Below are positions 36,231 through 48,582 of a DNA stretch of 64,000 nucleotides, piece after piece. The notes beneath the pieces are model-generated. The model was given only the letters and a program-made list of their open reading frames with translations. It made no database searches and was not told the origin of the DNA. The stretch is from Macrostomum lignano (taxonomy: Eukaryota): the NCBI GenBank assembly GCA_002269645.1, contig NIVC01003159.1:1-64000 (forward strand), in the 5' to 3' direction. Positions within the stretch are counted from its first letter, which is position 1. Each line of letters opens with the position of its first letter. A program made the position numbers and the translations under genes.

Positions 36231-39200
36231 ATGCAGCTACAACCCGCTCGTCAAGTCGCTCTGCTGCTGCTGCTGCTCGCTGCAGTCCCGCGTCACGTGA
36301 CCGGAGCCGCCTCCTCTGTACAGACGTGGCATTCCAGTCGCGAGAGCCTCTTCGACTACGAGGCAGTGAGGTCGCTTTTCGTTGAGTCCGAAATCCAGTG
36401 CTCAGCAGCTGCCAGCGGCGACTCCACTGTGCAGCTGGTGGCGTTCAACGCCAGCTCCAGCCTGTGCGCTCACTTTAGGTGTCGCCTGGGCCTGAGCCAC
36501 TGCAGGAAGTGCCGCAATGCGAACAAGGGGGCTCAGCGAGTGTGGGTGGGTTACTCTGTTAGATATGTAGCATTACTACCACAATTTAACGCGTGGTAAC
36601 CTGGCACACCTGTTGTGTCACCTTGCAGACAGCCGGCAGTGGCTGCTGCACCACCGTGCAGCACAGGGTGTCCGCCTCAGTGGACTTTTACCGCAACTGG
36701 ACTCAGTACCAGAGCGAGTTCGGCGAGGGACCCGACGGAAACTACTGGATAGGTAACCATTTGTATGGTTCTATAAGCTTTTTATTGGCATTGCTTCTTT
36801 GTCTGCAATTTTTAGCTAAGTGACTAGCAATCTACGCCCCCCGTTGGGGAGCCAAAGAAATGCAATACACGTTTTTTTAATAAGCTACATGTATCCTTGA
36901 AATCTTAAAAAATCTCCTGTCAAACCTTGTAAGCCTTGACATGTCAGTAATTCCCCCCACAAGCTTTAACATATCAACTCCCCCCCTGACATCTCAGCAA
37001 TGCCCCCAATAAGCCTTGAAAATCTAAAAATATCTGTCAACCTTCTAACCCTAATCCAAACCTAACCCTAACCCTAACCCTAGCCTAACCCTAGCCCTAA
37101 CCCTAACCCTAACCCTAACCCTAACCTAACCCTAAAGCATTGAAATTTCAGTAATTCTCTCTAAGAGTCATTATAGCACTACTACAGCATTATTGCGATT
37201 CCCTGCAAGCCTCGACATCGTAGGGATTCCCAAATGAATCTCTTAACTTCGACATGAAGCTTCTTTTATTTTTTACATTACGCTTTTTTTATCAGCGATC
37301 CCTCCCCTGAGGAGGCATCAAATAATGTAATAAAAAGTTTTCAATAAACTACATGTAGCTTCTGGCTTTAGCCTTGAAATCTCATTTATACCCCAGTGAG
37401 CCTTGACATCTCAGCTATTCCCCCCGTAAGCCTTGACATGTCAGCGATGGCCCCCATAAACCTTGAAATCTAAAAAATCCCCTGTTAACCTTGAAACCCG
37501 ATAAAATATAACCCTCAACCCACACCTGACCTAAACCTAACTTTAACCCAACCTAAAGCCTTGAAATCTCAGCAATTCTTCTCCCCTAAGCCTTGACATT
37601 TTAGTGATTCCTTCTTTAAGAATCACAGCACTATAACGATTTCCACCAAGCTTTGACATCGTAGCAATTCCCAAATGAATCTTTTAACTTCGACATGACC
37701 TTTCTTTTATGTATACTTAGTGCTACTTTTATTTTTTACATGACTCTTCTTCTATCAGCGCCTCCCCCCGTGGCGAGCCAACAAAGAATGCAATAAAAAA
37801 TTGAGTAAAGTACATGAACTTTGAAGTAGCTTCTGACTTTTGCTTTGACATCTCAGAACCACCCCCCCCCGTAATCTCAGTTATTCTCTGAGAGCCTTTA
37901 CGTCTCAGTTTTTCTCCCCAGCACAGCATTATAACTGCATTTAATTTTTACATGACACCTTCATGTCTGACATGACGCTTCTTTTATTCTACCATGATGC
38001 TTCTTAATTTTTTAAATGACACTTTCATTAGTCTTTAAATGAGGCTTCTATGATTTTTCATGACGCTTCTATGATTGTTTAAATGACGCTTCTATGATTG
38101 TTTACATGACGCTTCTATGATTTTTTACATGACGCTTCTATGATTGTTTACATGACGCTTCTATGATTGTTTACATGACGCTTCTATGATTGTTTACATG
38201 ACGCTTCTATGATTGTTTACATGACGCTTCTATGATTTTTACATAACGCTTTTATGATTTTTTACATGACGCTTCTATGATTTTTTACATAACGCTTTTA
38301 TGATTTTTTACATGACGCTTCCATGATTTTTTAGTTTTTTTGGCGTTAAAAAACTTTAATTAAAAAAACTCTCTAAAAATCCGAACCATCGTCCCTGCAT
38401 TTAGCAGTCAGTCCGTTTACCTCTAGGCTAGCTCTCATCGTTTTGATAACATGAATTTTAGCACTTCTATAATATAATTATAAGTTTCAAAACTCCAAGC
38501 ATAGAGTAAATCACACGAAGCAGTTATGACATAATCATATGGTTACACAATTTAAATCAAGTCTGGTGCTACGCTTCCACACTGCATTTTCAATTCAAGT
38601 CGGAGTTACAATTCAGTTATGATGCAATCTATTTCAGAATCAGAATCAACCAGTCAGTTTTTTCTCTAGCATTCTTACAATGCATTTCAAGTCGAAAAGT
38701 TTGCTTGACCTTTGCAAAAAAGCATGTTTTTCGAATATTTTATGCCTTTAGCATCGAGCAATTTCTTAGCCACGATGCATGTACCGTCACGGGAAAATTT
38801 CTGATCGAACAGTGCAAGTCTCATGAAAATCGGTCCAGCCATTTTTTCTCTAATCGATTGCGTACAAACAAACAAACAAGCAAGATTTTCATTTTTAGTA
38901 TATTGGAACGAGTGGAACTCCTCCTTCGGAGGAGAAAGGGGAAGAACTCCCATCACCGGAATTCCATTCCCTGAATTATCCATAAACTGAAATTCCATGT
39001 CTTGAATCCCATCTTCCAAATCGTCTCTAAATTCTTTACAAACCTTTCAAAGACCATAGCTCAAAGACTCTTACGTCTCTCATATCTACTCTCTCCTCTC
39101 TTCGCTATTATCGTGACTCGCTTCTCTCTCCTCTCTCTCATCTCATCTCTACCCCTACTCTCTTATTTATCTCTACTCCCTTATTTATCTCTTCTCCCTC

Positions 39201-41971
39201 GTCTTTCGTCTTTCTCTTCTCCCTCTCCTGTTTACTCTCCTATCTTCTATCTTATCTCTCCCCTTTTCTCTCCTCTCTCATATCTCATCTCTAATCACTT
39301 ATCTATCGTCTCCGCTCTACTTTCTCTCTTCCCTTTTCTCTCTTCTCTCTGCTCTCATTTCTCGTATCTCTTATACGCTCTCAACCTCTCCTTTCTTATC
39401 TCCCATTTTTCTTCCCTCCTTTCTACTGCATCACCTGTCTCTTCTCCTCTCTTTTCTCTCCTCTCCATTCTCTCTTCTCTCCTCTCATCTCCCCTCATCT
39501 CTTCTCTAATCTCTAATCTCTTCTCTCTCTTATTTTCTCACTCATCTCTTTTCTCATTGCATCTCTCATCTCTCCTCTCTCTCCTCTCATCTGTACTATC
39601 TTATTTATCTCTTCTCCCAGGTCTTTCAAATTTACTCTCTCCTGTCTCCTCTCTCCCCTCGTCTTTCCTCTCTCATATCTCTTCTCTACTCACTTATCTA
39701 TTCTCTCTCCTCTGCTCCCCTTTTACACTTTCCTATATGCTTTCACTCTCACCCTCCCCTTTCTTATCTGCTGTTTTTACACTCCTTTCTACCACCTGTC
39801 TCATCTCGTTTCTCTCCTCTCTGCACTCTCATCTTTACCCTCTTCTTTCTCCTCACTACTTTCTTCTCTTAAATCTCTGATCTCTGATCTTTCATCTCTC
39901 TCCTCTCACCTCTCACCTCTCTCCTCTCTTTCCTCTCTTCTATTGCCTCTGTACGCTCTTATCCCTCCTTTCTTCTCTCTCCTGTCTGCTCTCTGCTATC
40001 TCACATCTCCTCTCTCATATCCTCTCCCTTCATCTCCTCTCTCCTCTTCTCTTCTCTCTCCTTCGTTCCCGCCTTACTCCCCTCTTCTCTCCCATCTGTC
40101 ATGTCTAATCTCTCCACTCATTTCTACTCTGTTTTCTATCATCTCATCTCTCTTCTCTTTTCATTCTTCTCTTTACTCTCTTCTCTGACTGATTGAAGAT
40201 GCCAAATCCATCAAGATCCTCTCCGCGAAGCAGAAAAATCCTGTCCGTGCAACTGAAAACCATCGAAATCCTCTCCGTGAAACTGGACTCCTTCGAAATC
40301 CTCTCCTTGAAACTTAAATCCATCAAAATGGTCTCCATAAAACAGAAATCAATCATAAATTATCTCCGCGAAACAGAAATCCTCTCCGTGAAGCTGAACA
40401 TCATCGAAATCCTCTCCGTGAAACTGAACATCATCGAAATCCTTTCCACGAAACTGAACACCATTGAAATCCTCTCCACGAAACTGAACACCATCGAAAT
40501 CCTCTCCACGAAACTGAACACCATCGAAATCCTCTCCACGAAACTGAACACCATCGAAATCCTCTCCACGAAACTGAACACCATCGAAATCCTCTCCACG
40601 AAACAGAAATCCTCTTCGTCAAAATTAAAACATTGAAATCGTCTCTGCTAAACTGGACTCAATCGAATTTTTTCCGTCAAACAACTCAACTCTCCGGATT
40701 CATTGGTTAGGGTTAGGGTTAGGGTTAGGGTTAGAACTACGCACTGCTTCGTGTTAAAAGGCACTGATAAAAATATTAAACTAATTGAATCAATTCATTG
40801 CGCAACTGATTTCACAGTCAGTCAGTCAATCTAGCCTATGGAGAGAAAAAAGGCGCCAATAATAAAACCAATTGAATCTCGACACAGTCCTATCTATTTA
40901 CACTGTACAACTGCTATGTACACTCAGCCCAAGCCCAACCCCCGTTCTGGGGAAGCATTAAATTTAACTCGACCCCCCAATACGCGGGGGTTTTATTTGC
41001 ATTGAACGCAGAACACGCGCACCCACCACCCCTCAATACACAGCGGCCCGCGGGCGGAGGTAGGGGTGGCTATTTTTACAAACTGGCTGCAGCCCCAGTC
41101 AGAGTGGCCAAAGAAGGTTATTGGGGGTTAAAAAAGCAGTTTTCTGCGTTTTTAGGGATGTTAAAATGTGAAAATTAAAAATTAAAATAGCCTAAAGCCT
41201 GCTCCGGAAAATTTGCAGTTTTCCCATATAAGTTTCGACGCTGACTTGGCAGTATTGTAGGAGTTCACTTGCTACATACAGACAGACAGACAGACAAACA
41301 TCGCGTCGGTTTTAGTATTAGGGATGCGTTTTTAGGGATGTTAAAATGTGAAAATTAAAAATTAAAATAGCCTAAAGCCTGCTCCGGAAAATTTGCAGTT
41401 TTCCCATATAAGTTTCGACGCTGACTTGGCAGTATTGTAGGAGTTCACTTGCTACATACAGACAGACAGACAGACAAACATCGCGTCGGTTTTAGTATTA
41501 GGGAAAGGATGGAACATCATAATGATTTTAGTTATTTTTCTCAATGTAGGTCTCAACACTCTTCACGATCTCACTGCTTCTGGTCCTCGGAAGCTGAGGA
41601 TTCTGATGAAGGCCTGGAACGACTCTGAGCACTGGGCTGAGTACTCCAGCTTCTCCGTAGGTCCCGAGTCTGACAACTACCGGCTGAGCGTGTCCGGCTT
41701 CTCCGGCAGCGCCGGCATCGGCGACTCGCTGGCCAGAAGCAACGACTTCCAGTTCACCACCAAGGACGCCGACCACGACGTTCACTCCGACAACTGCGGC
41801 TCGCGCTACTTCGGAGCCTGGTGGTTCGCTGACTGCCACAACACGCACCCGAACGGACAGTACCGCGATTTCTCGTCAGCCATTGGTGGCCCGCGCGCTC
41901 AAGGTGTGATCTGGAAGTCGCCGTTCGGTCCGTACTACTCGCTGAAAGAGATCGAAATGCTCATCCTTTGA
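36231..41971 (+). CDS. Secreted fibrinogen-related protein (FReP) paralog A with N-terminal degenerate PAN-like module, ~286 aa, 3 exons
   Basis: join(36231..36545,36629..36752,41550..41971) = 861 nt with GT-AG introns of phase 0 and 1. Signal peptide; [59 protein letters not shown]. Exon 2 and 3 sizes (124, 422) are identical to paralog B. Confidence 0.88.
36830..37930. repeat. Diverged ~460-bp tandem units built from AAGCCTTGACATCTCAG subrepeats, carrying (CCCTAA)n tracts
   Basis: Homologous unit starts near 36830, 37290 and 37757. Telomere-like tracts at 37045-37135 and (degenerate) ~37510-37555. Lies within FReP-A intron 2. Confidence 0.65.
37950..38330. repeat. ~23-bp minisatellite (CATGACGCTTCTATGATTGTTTA)n
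   Basis: Visible directly in the sequence; intronic. Confidence 0.9.
38690..38905 (+). mobile_element. Microsatellite-bearing non-autonomous element, (CAAA)n type (Lep1/HINE-like Helitron derivative)
   Basis: AAAATCGGTCCAGCC...(CAAA)n...TTTTAGTAT layout resembles non-autonomous rolling-circle elements. The family call is an inference. Confidence 0.45.
39090..40185. repeat. Polypyrimidine (CT-rich) low-complexity tract
   Basis: Visible directly; its 5' part is duplicated within 52335-52848. Confidence 0.9.
40200..40734. repeat. 30-bp minisatellite (CATCGAAATCCTCTCCACGAAACTGAACAC)n followed by (GGTTAG)5
   Basis: Array ~40200-40625; perfect telomeric hexamers at 40705-40734. Confidence 0.9.
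41063..41503 (+). mobile_element. Microsatellite-bearing element, (CAGA)n type (Lep1/HINE-like), with a 180-bp 3' tandem duplication
   Basis: 41063-41321 matches 52083-52333. 41145-41324 is repeated at 41325-41503. It ends ...ACAGACAGAC..CATCGCGTCGGTTTTAGTATTAG. The family call is an inference. Confidence 0.6.
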
Positions 41972-43065
41972 GGCAACAAAGTTTGCAAAAGTTATTTCTG
42001 TCGATGTTAATCTTTATCCAAGAGAGACTTTATGGACTTATAAATATTCGTGTCAAGTTTTTTCCACTTACAGTTTACTTATTGGATTATATTTTGTAGA
42101 CGTCATCGTCAAACTCAGAGCAGAGCACGTAATCAGGTTTTACACAGGGCTTATAACAGTTGCATGTATAGTTTGCAGGGATTTTTGGGCAGCTGTTTGG
42201 AATCGAGACAACAGTCCACTTTTATTTCCATAGTAACAAGCTTTTCTGACTCTGAGCTTGAAATTGAGGTCTGTCGATGAGGTTTATCCAGTACTACGCA
42301 CAATGCAGTGCCTGATTTTCAGTTTCTCCTTTCTGACTGGGTTTTGTCATTTGCTTGCTCGACTGTTTCTTGGAAATCCTCCAGTGGGATTACGCACGTA
42401 GCTACGCGATCTTCAACCAAAACTAGAATCTATCCTTTTGTTTATTGCATATTGGCGGTAAATAAACTGGCTTTTTCCTCTCCATCGTTACACGCAATTA
42501 CAAACTCGACAAGTTTAGCTGTCCAAAACCTGTTAAGACGATAAAGTCAAGTCTCAGACTCTTGAATGCTCATTCATTTGCATTCAGACATGCTGCTCAA
42601 GTAGAAAACTCTCGCAAATTCGTTACCGATTTGACGTGACACACTTTAACGTAGGGTATATTATTTGAGTTGCATTTCGAAGGTTCAGTTGTGTTGGTAG
42701 TTCAATGCACAGTAGTCTCAGTTAAATACTCAGTCAAGCAGATCTTGTGTGTCTGGATAACAGTGTATGAAAATTTGACTAGGGGCTAGGGCTTGGCATT
42801 ATTGAGCAGTTTTAGGGTTCATTGAAAGCTCGTTGAGCTGGACGTCCTCTGTCGCACGGTGTTACAACAGTCTGCCATCAATTTTATCGAGGCTGCTTGA
42901 GCAACAAGCCAACAACAAGCAAAACAAAATACATCAGACAGCTGTTTTGAGATCTTAAAAGGGAACATAATTAACGAAAGACAGTGTTACAAGGCGCGGC
43001 TTTGAGCCGGGGCGTGAACATATGTAGCGTGGACGACAGATTCTGGGGCGCCAGGGTCTCAGAGA

Positions 43066-43605
43066 AACGCCGAGTACACCTGTAGTTCTAAGAGTTTTAA
43101 AGGAATTTTCATACTGATCGTTGCATTTAATACGAGGCCGGGGCTGTCGTGCGGTTCACTCACTCATGTGGGCAACGCCGAGTACACCTGTAGTTCTAAG
43201 AGTTTTAAAGGAATTTTCATACAGATCGTTGCATTTAATACGAGGCCAGGGCTGTCGTGCGGTTCACTCACTCATGTGGGCAACGCCGAGTACACCTGTA
43301 GTTCTAAGAGTTTTAAAGGAATTTTCATACTGATCGTTGCATTTAATACGAGGCCGGGGCTGTCGTGCGGTTCACTCACTCATGTGGGCAACGCCGAGTA
43401 CACCTGTAGTTCTAAGAGTTTTAAAGGAATTTTCATACTGATCGTTGCATTTAATACGAGGCCGGGGCTGTCGTGCGGTTCACTCACTCATGTGGGCAAC
43501 GCCGAGTACACCTGTAGTTCTAAGAGTTTTAAAGGAATTTTCATACTGATCGTTGCATTTAATACGAGGCCGGGGCTGTCGTGCGGTTCACTCACTCATG
43601 TGGGC
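43066..43605. repeat. 108-bp tandem repeat, 5 nearly identical copies
   Basis: Units start at 43066, 43174, 43282, 43390 and 43498. Confidence 0.97.
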
Positions 43606-44805
43606 CAAGCCCTAAAAGCACAGAGAGTGTCCATGCTTGATGATTAGTAAGTCAAGGTTGCTGTACAGCCTGTGTGAGCGCGTGTGAGTGCCGTGCCTGC
43701 GTGCAGTATTGGCGCGCTTGTGTGAGCTCAGGTGTCCGGAATGGCCAGAACTGCCTATGGGTAAAATTGTCGCTGAAAGCGCTGTGCCAGCGTGTTCACA
43801 TTATTATTGTTTCATTATGCTATTACTAATGCTGAAGTCACTTCATTCTTAACCGTGAAATAATTTAAATTTAATCTTCTGTCATATAGAAACAGAGACT
43901 GATCGGTGAGCAAAAATCTGTGAGCAGCTTGCTTCCATTTTCCACATGTCAATACTGCATGAAATATTGCATGCATAATGAGAAAGCCGAGGAGAGAGAG
44001 AAGAGGGACCGGGGTGGGGTGTACCACAGAGGCCTCGCTAGTGGCCACGTTACCATGGTTTTGTCAAACAGCCATGAGACTCCGCTCTGAGCGGCCGTTA
44101 GCAGCTGGGCTACATGACTCACTCCTCCGGATATGAGACAGTGCAGTGTTTAAGCAGGAGAGACGGCTTCCAACAGCTCCGATCGATCCCACTCCGTAGC
44201 GCCGAACCTCCGTTTCTCTATCTCGCCCCCCCCCCCCTGTTGCCCTAGTGCATCGTTACAAGAGCTGTAAACTTCCTGGTTGCAAGACTGCACCAACGCA
44301 TCAACTTCTACAGCAAAAAGCCTTGGAAAAACCGAATCCGCCATTCCACGTTAACATTAGCCTTAACTCAAAGCTATTACCAACGCATCGCATGGTTCTG
44401 TTGTGGACTGTCTTGCAGATCCGGTCTAATGGTGTTGTATTGACACAGAATTCAAACCTAAAATAGACACATGTCATGTTTCCTATAGCATAAAATCCCT
44501 CCTCATATAGTATGGGTGAAATTGTATTTTTGTTGACTAAAAATCAAACTGAATCCTGTCGCTAGTGAAACTGAACTGAAAGAATTGATGCAGACAGTTG
44601 GACTTGGAGGCTGAACAAATAAAGAAATCGCTAGTTAAGGGATAAATTAAGACAGGAAAAACGTTAGATCACCTCGACTCTACCTGACTTCGAAATCATC
44701 AGAACCTTTCCGTTGCGGAGCCACTGGGCTGAGACACAGCTTCAGACCGGCTATTTTACATAAATCGATACAGCTCGAAAAATCGAAGACCAATAAATTA
44801 TCTCT

Positions 44806-45825
44806 ATGTGCTCGACAAACGGATTTAAATGGATGATCCTGCTGTTCGCAGCTCTAAATCCCCGCGTGGCCCGAGTTGTCTCAGCTGAGAGAACTTGGCG
44901 GCTGAGTCGAGACGGCCTGGTCGACTATGAGGCTGCTTCTTCGTTTTGGGCACGGAGCGACATCAGCTGCATGGCGACTGCGGACTCGGACCCCGCTGTG
45001 CAGCTGGTGACGTTCAACGCCAGCTCCGGCCTGTGCGCTCACTTCAGGTGTCGCCTGGGCCTGAGCCACTGCAGGAAGTGCCGCAATGCGAACAAAGGAG
45101 ATCATCAAGTGTGGGTGAGTCCTGTGTTCAGCAGCTTTTGCATCCCCATAGTCTGAATAGGTACTTTTGCAAAAACTTTTTACATTGCAGACAGCCGGCA
45201 GTGACTGCTGGACCACCGTGCAGCACAGGGTGTCCGGCTCAGTGGACTTTTACCGCAACTGGACTCAGTACCAGAGCGAGTTCGGCGAGGGACCCGACGG
45301 AAACTACTGGATCGGTGAGTGCATCCCAGATCTGCTCCATTCGCTTTCTTTTCCAACTCGGACTTCAATGACAAACACCGCCATGACGTCCGCATATTCC
45401 CAGGCCTGAACTCTCTCCACGCTCTCACTGCTTCTGGTCCTCGGAAGCTGAGGATCCTGATGAAGGCGTGGAACGACTCTGAGCACTGGGCTGAGTACTC
45501 CAGCTTCTCCGTGGGTCCCGAGTCGGACAACTACCGGCTGAGCGTGTCCGGCTTCTCCGGCAGCGCCGGCATCGGCGACTGCCTCGACAAGAACAACGGC
45601 ATGCAGTTCAGCACGAAGGACGCCGATCACGACACCTACACTGACAACTGCGCAACAGCTTATAAAGGTGCCTGGTGGTTCACCAGCTGTCACTGCGCCC
45701 ACCTGAACGGAGAGTACAAAGACGCATCTGCTGCCATCGGAGGTGCTCATGCACAGGGAGTTATTTGGAAATCCAACTTCGGCTACGACTACTCGCTGAT
45801 GGAGATCGAGATGCTGCTTCTGTAA
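44806..45825 (+). CDS. Secreted fibrinogen-related protein (FReP) paralog B with degenerate PAN-like module, ~284 aa, 3 exons
   Basis: join(44806..45114,45191..45314,45404..45825) = 855 nt, introns of 76 and 89 bp (GT-AG). An alternative start is ATG 44833. FBG motifs [34 protein letters not shown]. Confidence 0.9.
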
Positions 45826-46424
45826 CAGCACCAGCATGATGGCACAGAAGATTTCTTCTGCTGCAACTTGCAAAATCGAGCGCTCAAGCAGTTTTAAAGC
45901 AACTTTGACATTTTCGAAAAATTTTCCAAACAGATTTTTTTCCAAACATTTTGTTGCACCGCGAAGAAATTCGTCAGATAAAGCGCTCGATACTACTGAT
46001 AATAAAAATACACGTGACAAAATCCCTTCTGCATTCAAAGGCGATGGGCTCCGACTTTTATTGCCTTCCTGCACAGAGCTTCTGCACAGATTGGCCTTCA
46101 AAAGTTCGGGAAAACAGGGAGCAACTCCAACACTTTCAATCGGTTCCTTCTCTCGGATGCGCTCGCAGTCATCATGAGCAGTTGGCACCTGAATTCATTT
46201 GATTTAACCAACTAATGTAAATCTGAAATCAAGGCCACTGTGTCATTTGCGACGCATTTCAAACATTTACACACTTTCCTGCGTGCGTCACTGACCCAAT
46301 GAACTGGTTCGGAACTGCAGCAGCTCTCTGAGAAAGCATTGTTTTCAAATCCTTGCAAATATGCTTTCAGACGAGTTTTAAAGTCAGACTGCCTATCTAC
46401 TTAGTAAGAATATCTACTAGTTTG

Positions 46425-47935
46425 TCTCCCTATCTACCAACTTGTCTCCCTATCTACCAACTTGTCTCTCTATCTACCAATTTGTCTCCCTATCTACCAA
46501 CTCGTCTCCCTATCTACCAACTTGTCTCCCTATCTACCGATCCGGCTCCCTATCTACCAACTCGTCTCCATATCTACCAACTTGTCTCTCTATCTACCAA
46601 TTTGTCTCCCTATCTACCAACTTGTCTCCCAATCTACCAACTTGTCTCCCTATCAACCAACTTGTCTCCCTATCTACCAACTTGTCTCCCAGTCTACCAA
46701 CTTGTCTCCCTATCTACCAACTTGTCTCCCTATCAACCAACTTGTCTCCCTATCTACCAACTTGTCTCCCAATCTACCAACTTGTCTCCCTATCTACCAA
46801 TTTGTCTCCCTATCAACGAATCTGCGTCCCTATCAACCAATTTGTCTCCCTATCTACCAACTTGTCTCCCTATCAACCAATTTGTCTCCCTATCTACCAA
46901 CTTGTCTCCCTATCTACCAACTTGTCTCCCAATCTACCAACTTGTCTCCCTATCAACCAACTTGTCTCCCTATCTACCAACTTGTCTCCCTATCTACCAA
47001 TTTGTCTCCCTATCAACGAATCTGCGTCCCTATCAACTAATTTGTCTCCCTATCTACCAATTTGTCTCCCTATCTACCAATTTGTCTCCCTATCTACCAA
47101 CTTGTCTCCCTATCTACCAACTTGTCTCCCTATCTACCAACTTGTCTCCCAATCAACCAATTTGTCTCCCTATCTACCAACTCGTCTCCCTATCTACCAA
47201 CTTGTCTCCCTATCTACCGATCCGGCTCCCTATCTACCAACTTGTCTCCTTCTCTAACGATCTGGCTCCCTATCTACCAACTCGTCTCCATATCTACTAA
47301 CTTGTCTCTCTATCTACCAATTTGTCCCCCTATCTACCAACTTGTCTCCCTATCTACCGATCCGGCTCCCTATCTACCAACTCGTCTCCATATCTACCAA
47401 CTTGTCTCTCTATCTACCAATTTGTCCCCCTATCTACCAACTTGTCTCTCTATCAACCAATTTGTCTCCCTATCTACCAACTCGTCTCCCTATCTACCAA
47501 CTTGTCTCCCTATCTACCGATCCGGCTCCCTATCTACCAACTCGTCTCCATATCTACCAACTTGTCTCTCTATCTACCAATTTGTCTCCCTATCTACCAA
47601 CTTGTCTCCCTATCTACCAACTTGTCTCCCTATCTACCGATCCGGCTCCCTATCTACCAACTCGTCTCCATATCTACCAACTTGTCTCTCTATCTACCAA
47701 TTTGTCTCCCTATCTACCAACTTGTCTCCCTATCTACCAACTTGTCTCCCTATCTACCGATCCGGCTCCCTATCTACCAACTTGTATCCTTCTCTACCGA
47801 TCTGCTTCCCTATCTACCAACTCGTCTCCCTATCTACCAACGTGTCTCCCTATCTACTAACGTGTCTCCTTCTCTACCGATCTGGCTCCCTATCTACCAA
47901 CTTGTCTCCCTATCTACGAGACTGTCCCCCTATCT
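46425..47935. repeat. 20-bp minisatellite (CTCCCTATCTACCAACTTGT)n with higher-order variants
   Basis: About 75 copies; the variant unit CTACCGATCCGGCTCC recurs periodically. Confidence 0.96.
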
Positions 47936-48339
47936 TCAATTTTATCTTCAATTTTAGTAAGCAGACTGGTAGGCGGGCTCTCCAATTAGGAGTCTGAGGT
48001 ATTCTGGGATGCATGATGGAGCGGACAGCAGGTGGCTGCTCTCTGCCCCATCAAGCATCGCCTGCTCTTCTCTGCGATCTCCGCTTCGCATTTCATGCTT
48101 TGCTAGACTGGAGTCATGAGCTAGACTAATTTTCAGAAGTTTCCGGACTGTGTTCCTTGTTTATTGTTTAAGTAATTTTAATTTTTACCTACATTCTCTT
48201 TTACATTTGTTTTATTGAAGTGTAAAATTTCACAGTAAAACCATTTGCCTGACAAAAGTTGAGAGCGTTTTTAAAACTGTACCCAAGAAATTTCCAACAA
48301 TTTTAAACTTTGCTGAGTGGTCTATGGCTCTTCCCTACG

Positions 48340-48582
48340 GCTTTTGTCTAATGGTTTTGTCTCTGGATTTTGTCCATGGCTTTTGTCTATGGCTTTTGTC
48401 TATGGCTTTTGTCTATGGCTTTTGTCTATGGCTTTTGTCTATGGCTTTTGTCTATGGCTTTTGTCTATGGCTTTTGTCTATGGATTTTGTCTATGGCTTT
48501 TGTCTATGGATTTTGTCTATGGCTTTTGTCTATGGTTTTTTCTATGGGTTTTGTCTATGTTTTTTGTCTATGGCTTTTGTCA
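48340..48582. repeat. 13-bp minisatellite (GTCTATGGCTTTT)n
   Basis: Visible directly in the sequence. Confidence 0.93.

Noticed and set aside
39002-40636. 292-aa Leu/Ser ORF and 147-aa [10 protein letters not shown]-repeat ORF
   Set aside because: Translations of the polypyrimidine tract and 30-bp minisatellite inside an intron.
44248-44466. THAP-like start SCKLPGCKT
   Set aside because: The rest of the THAP signature (FP, W, C-x2-H-F) is missing.
46353-47997. Long STNLSPYLPTCLPIYQLVSL-repeat ORFs
   Set aside because: Translations of the 20-bp minisatellite, open in several frames.
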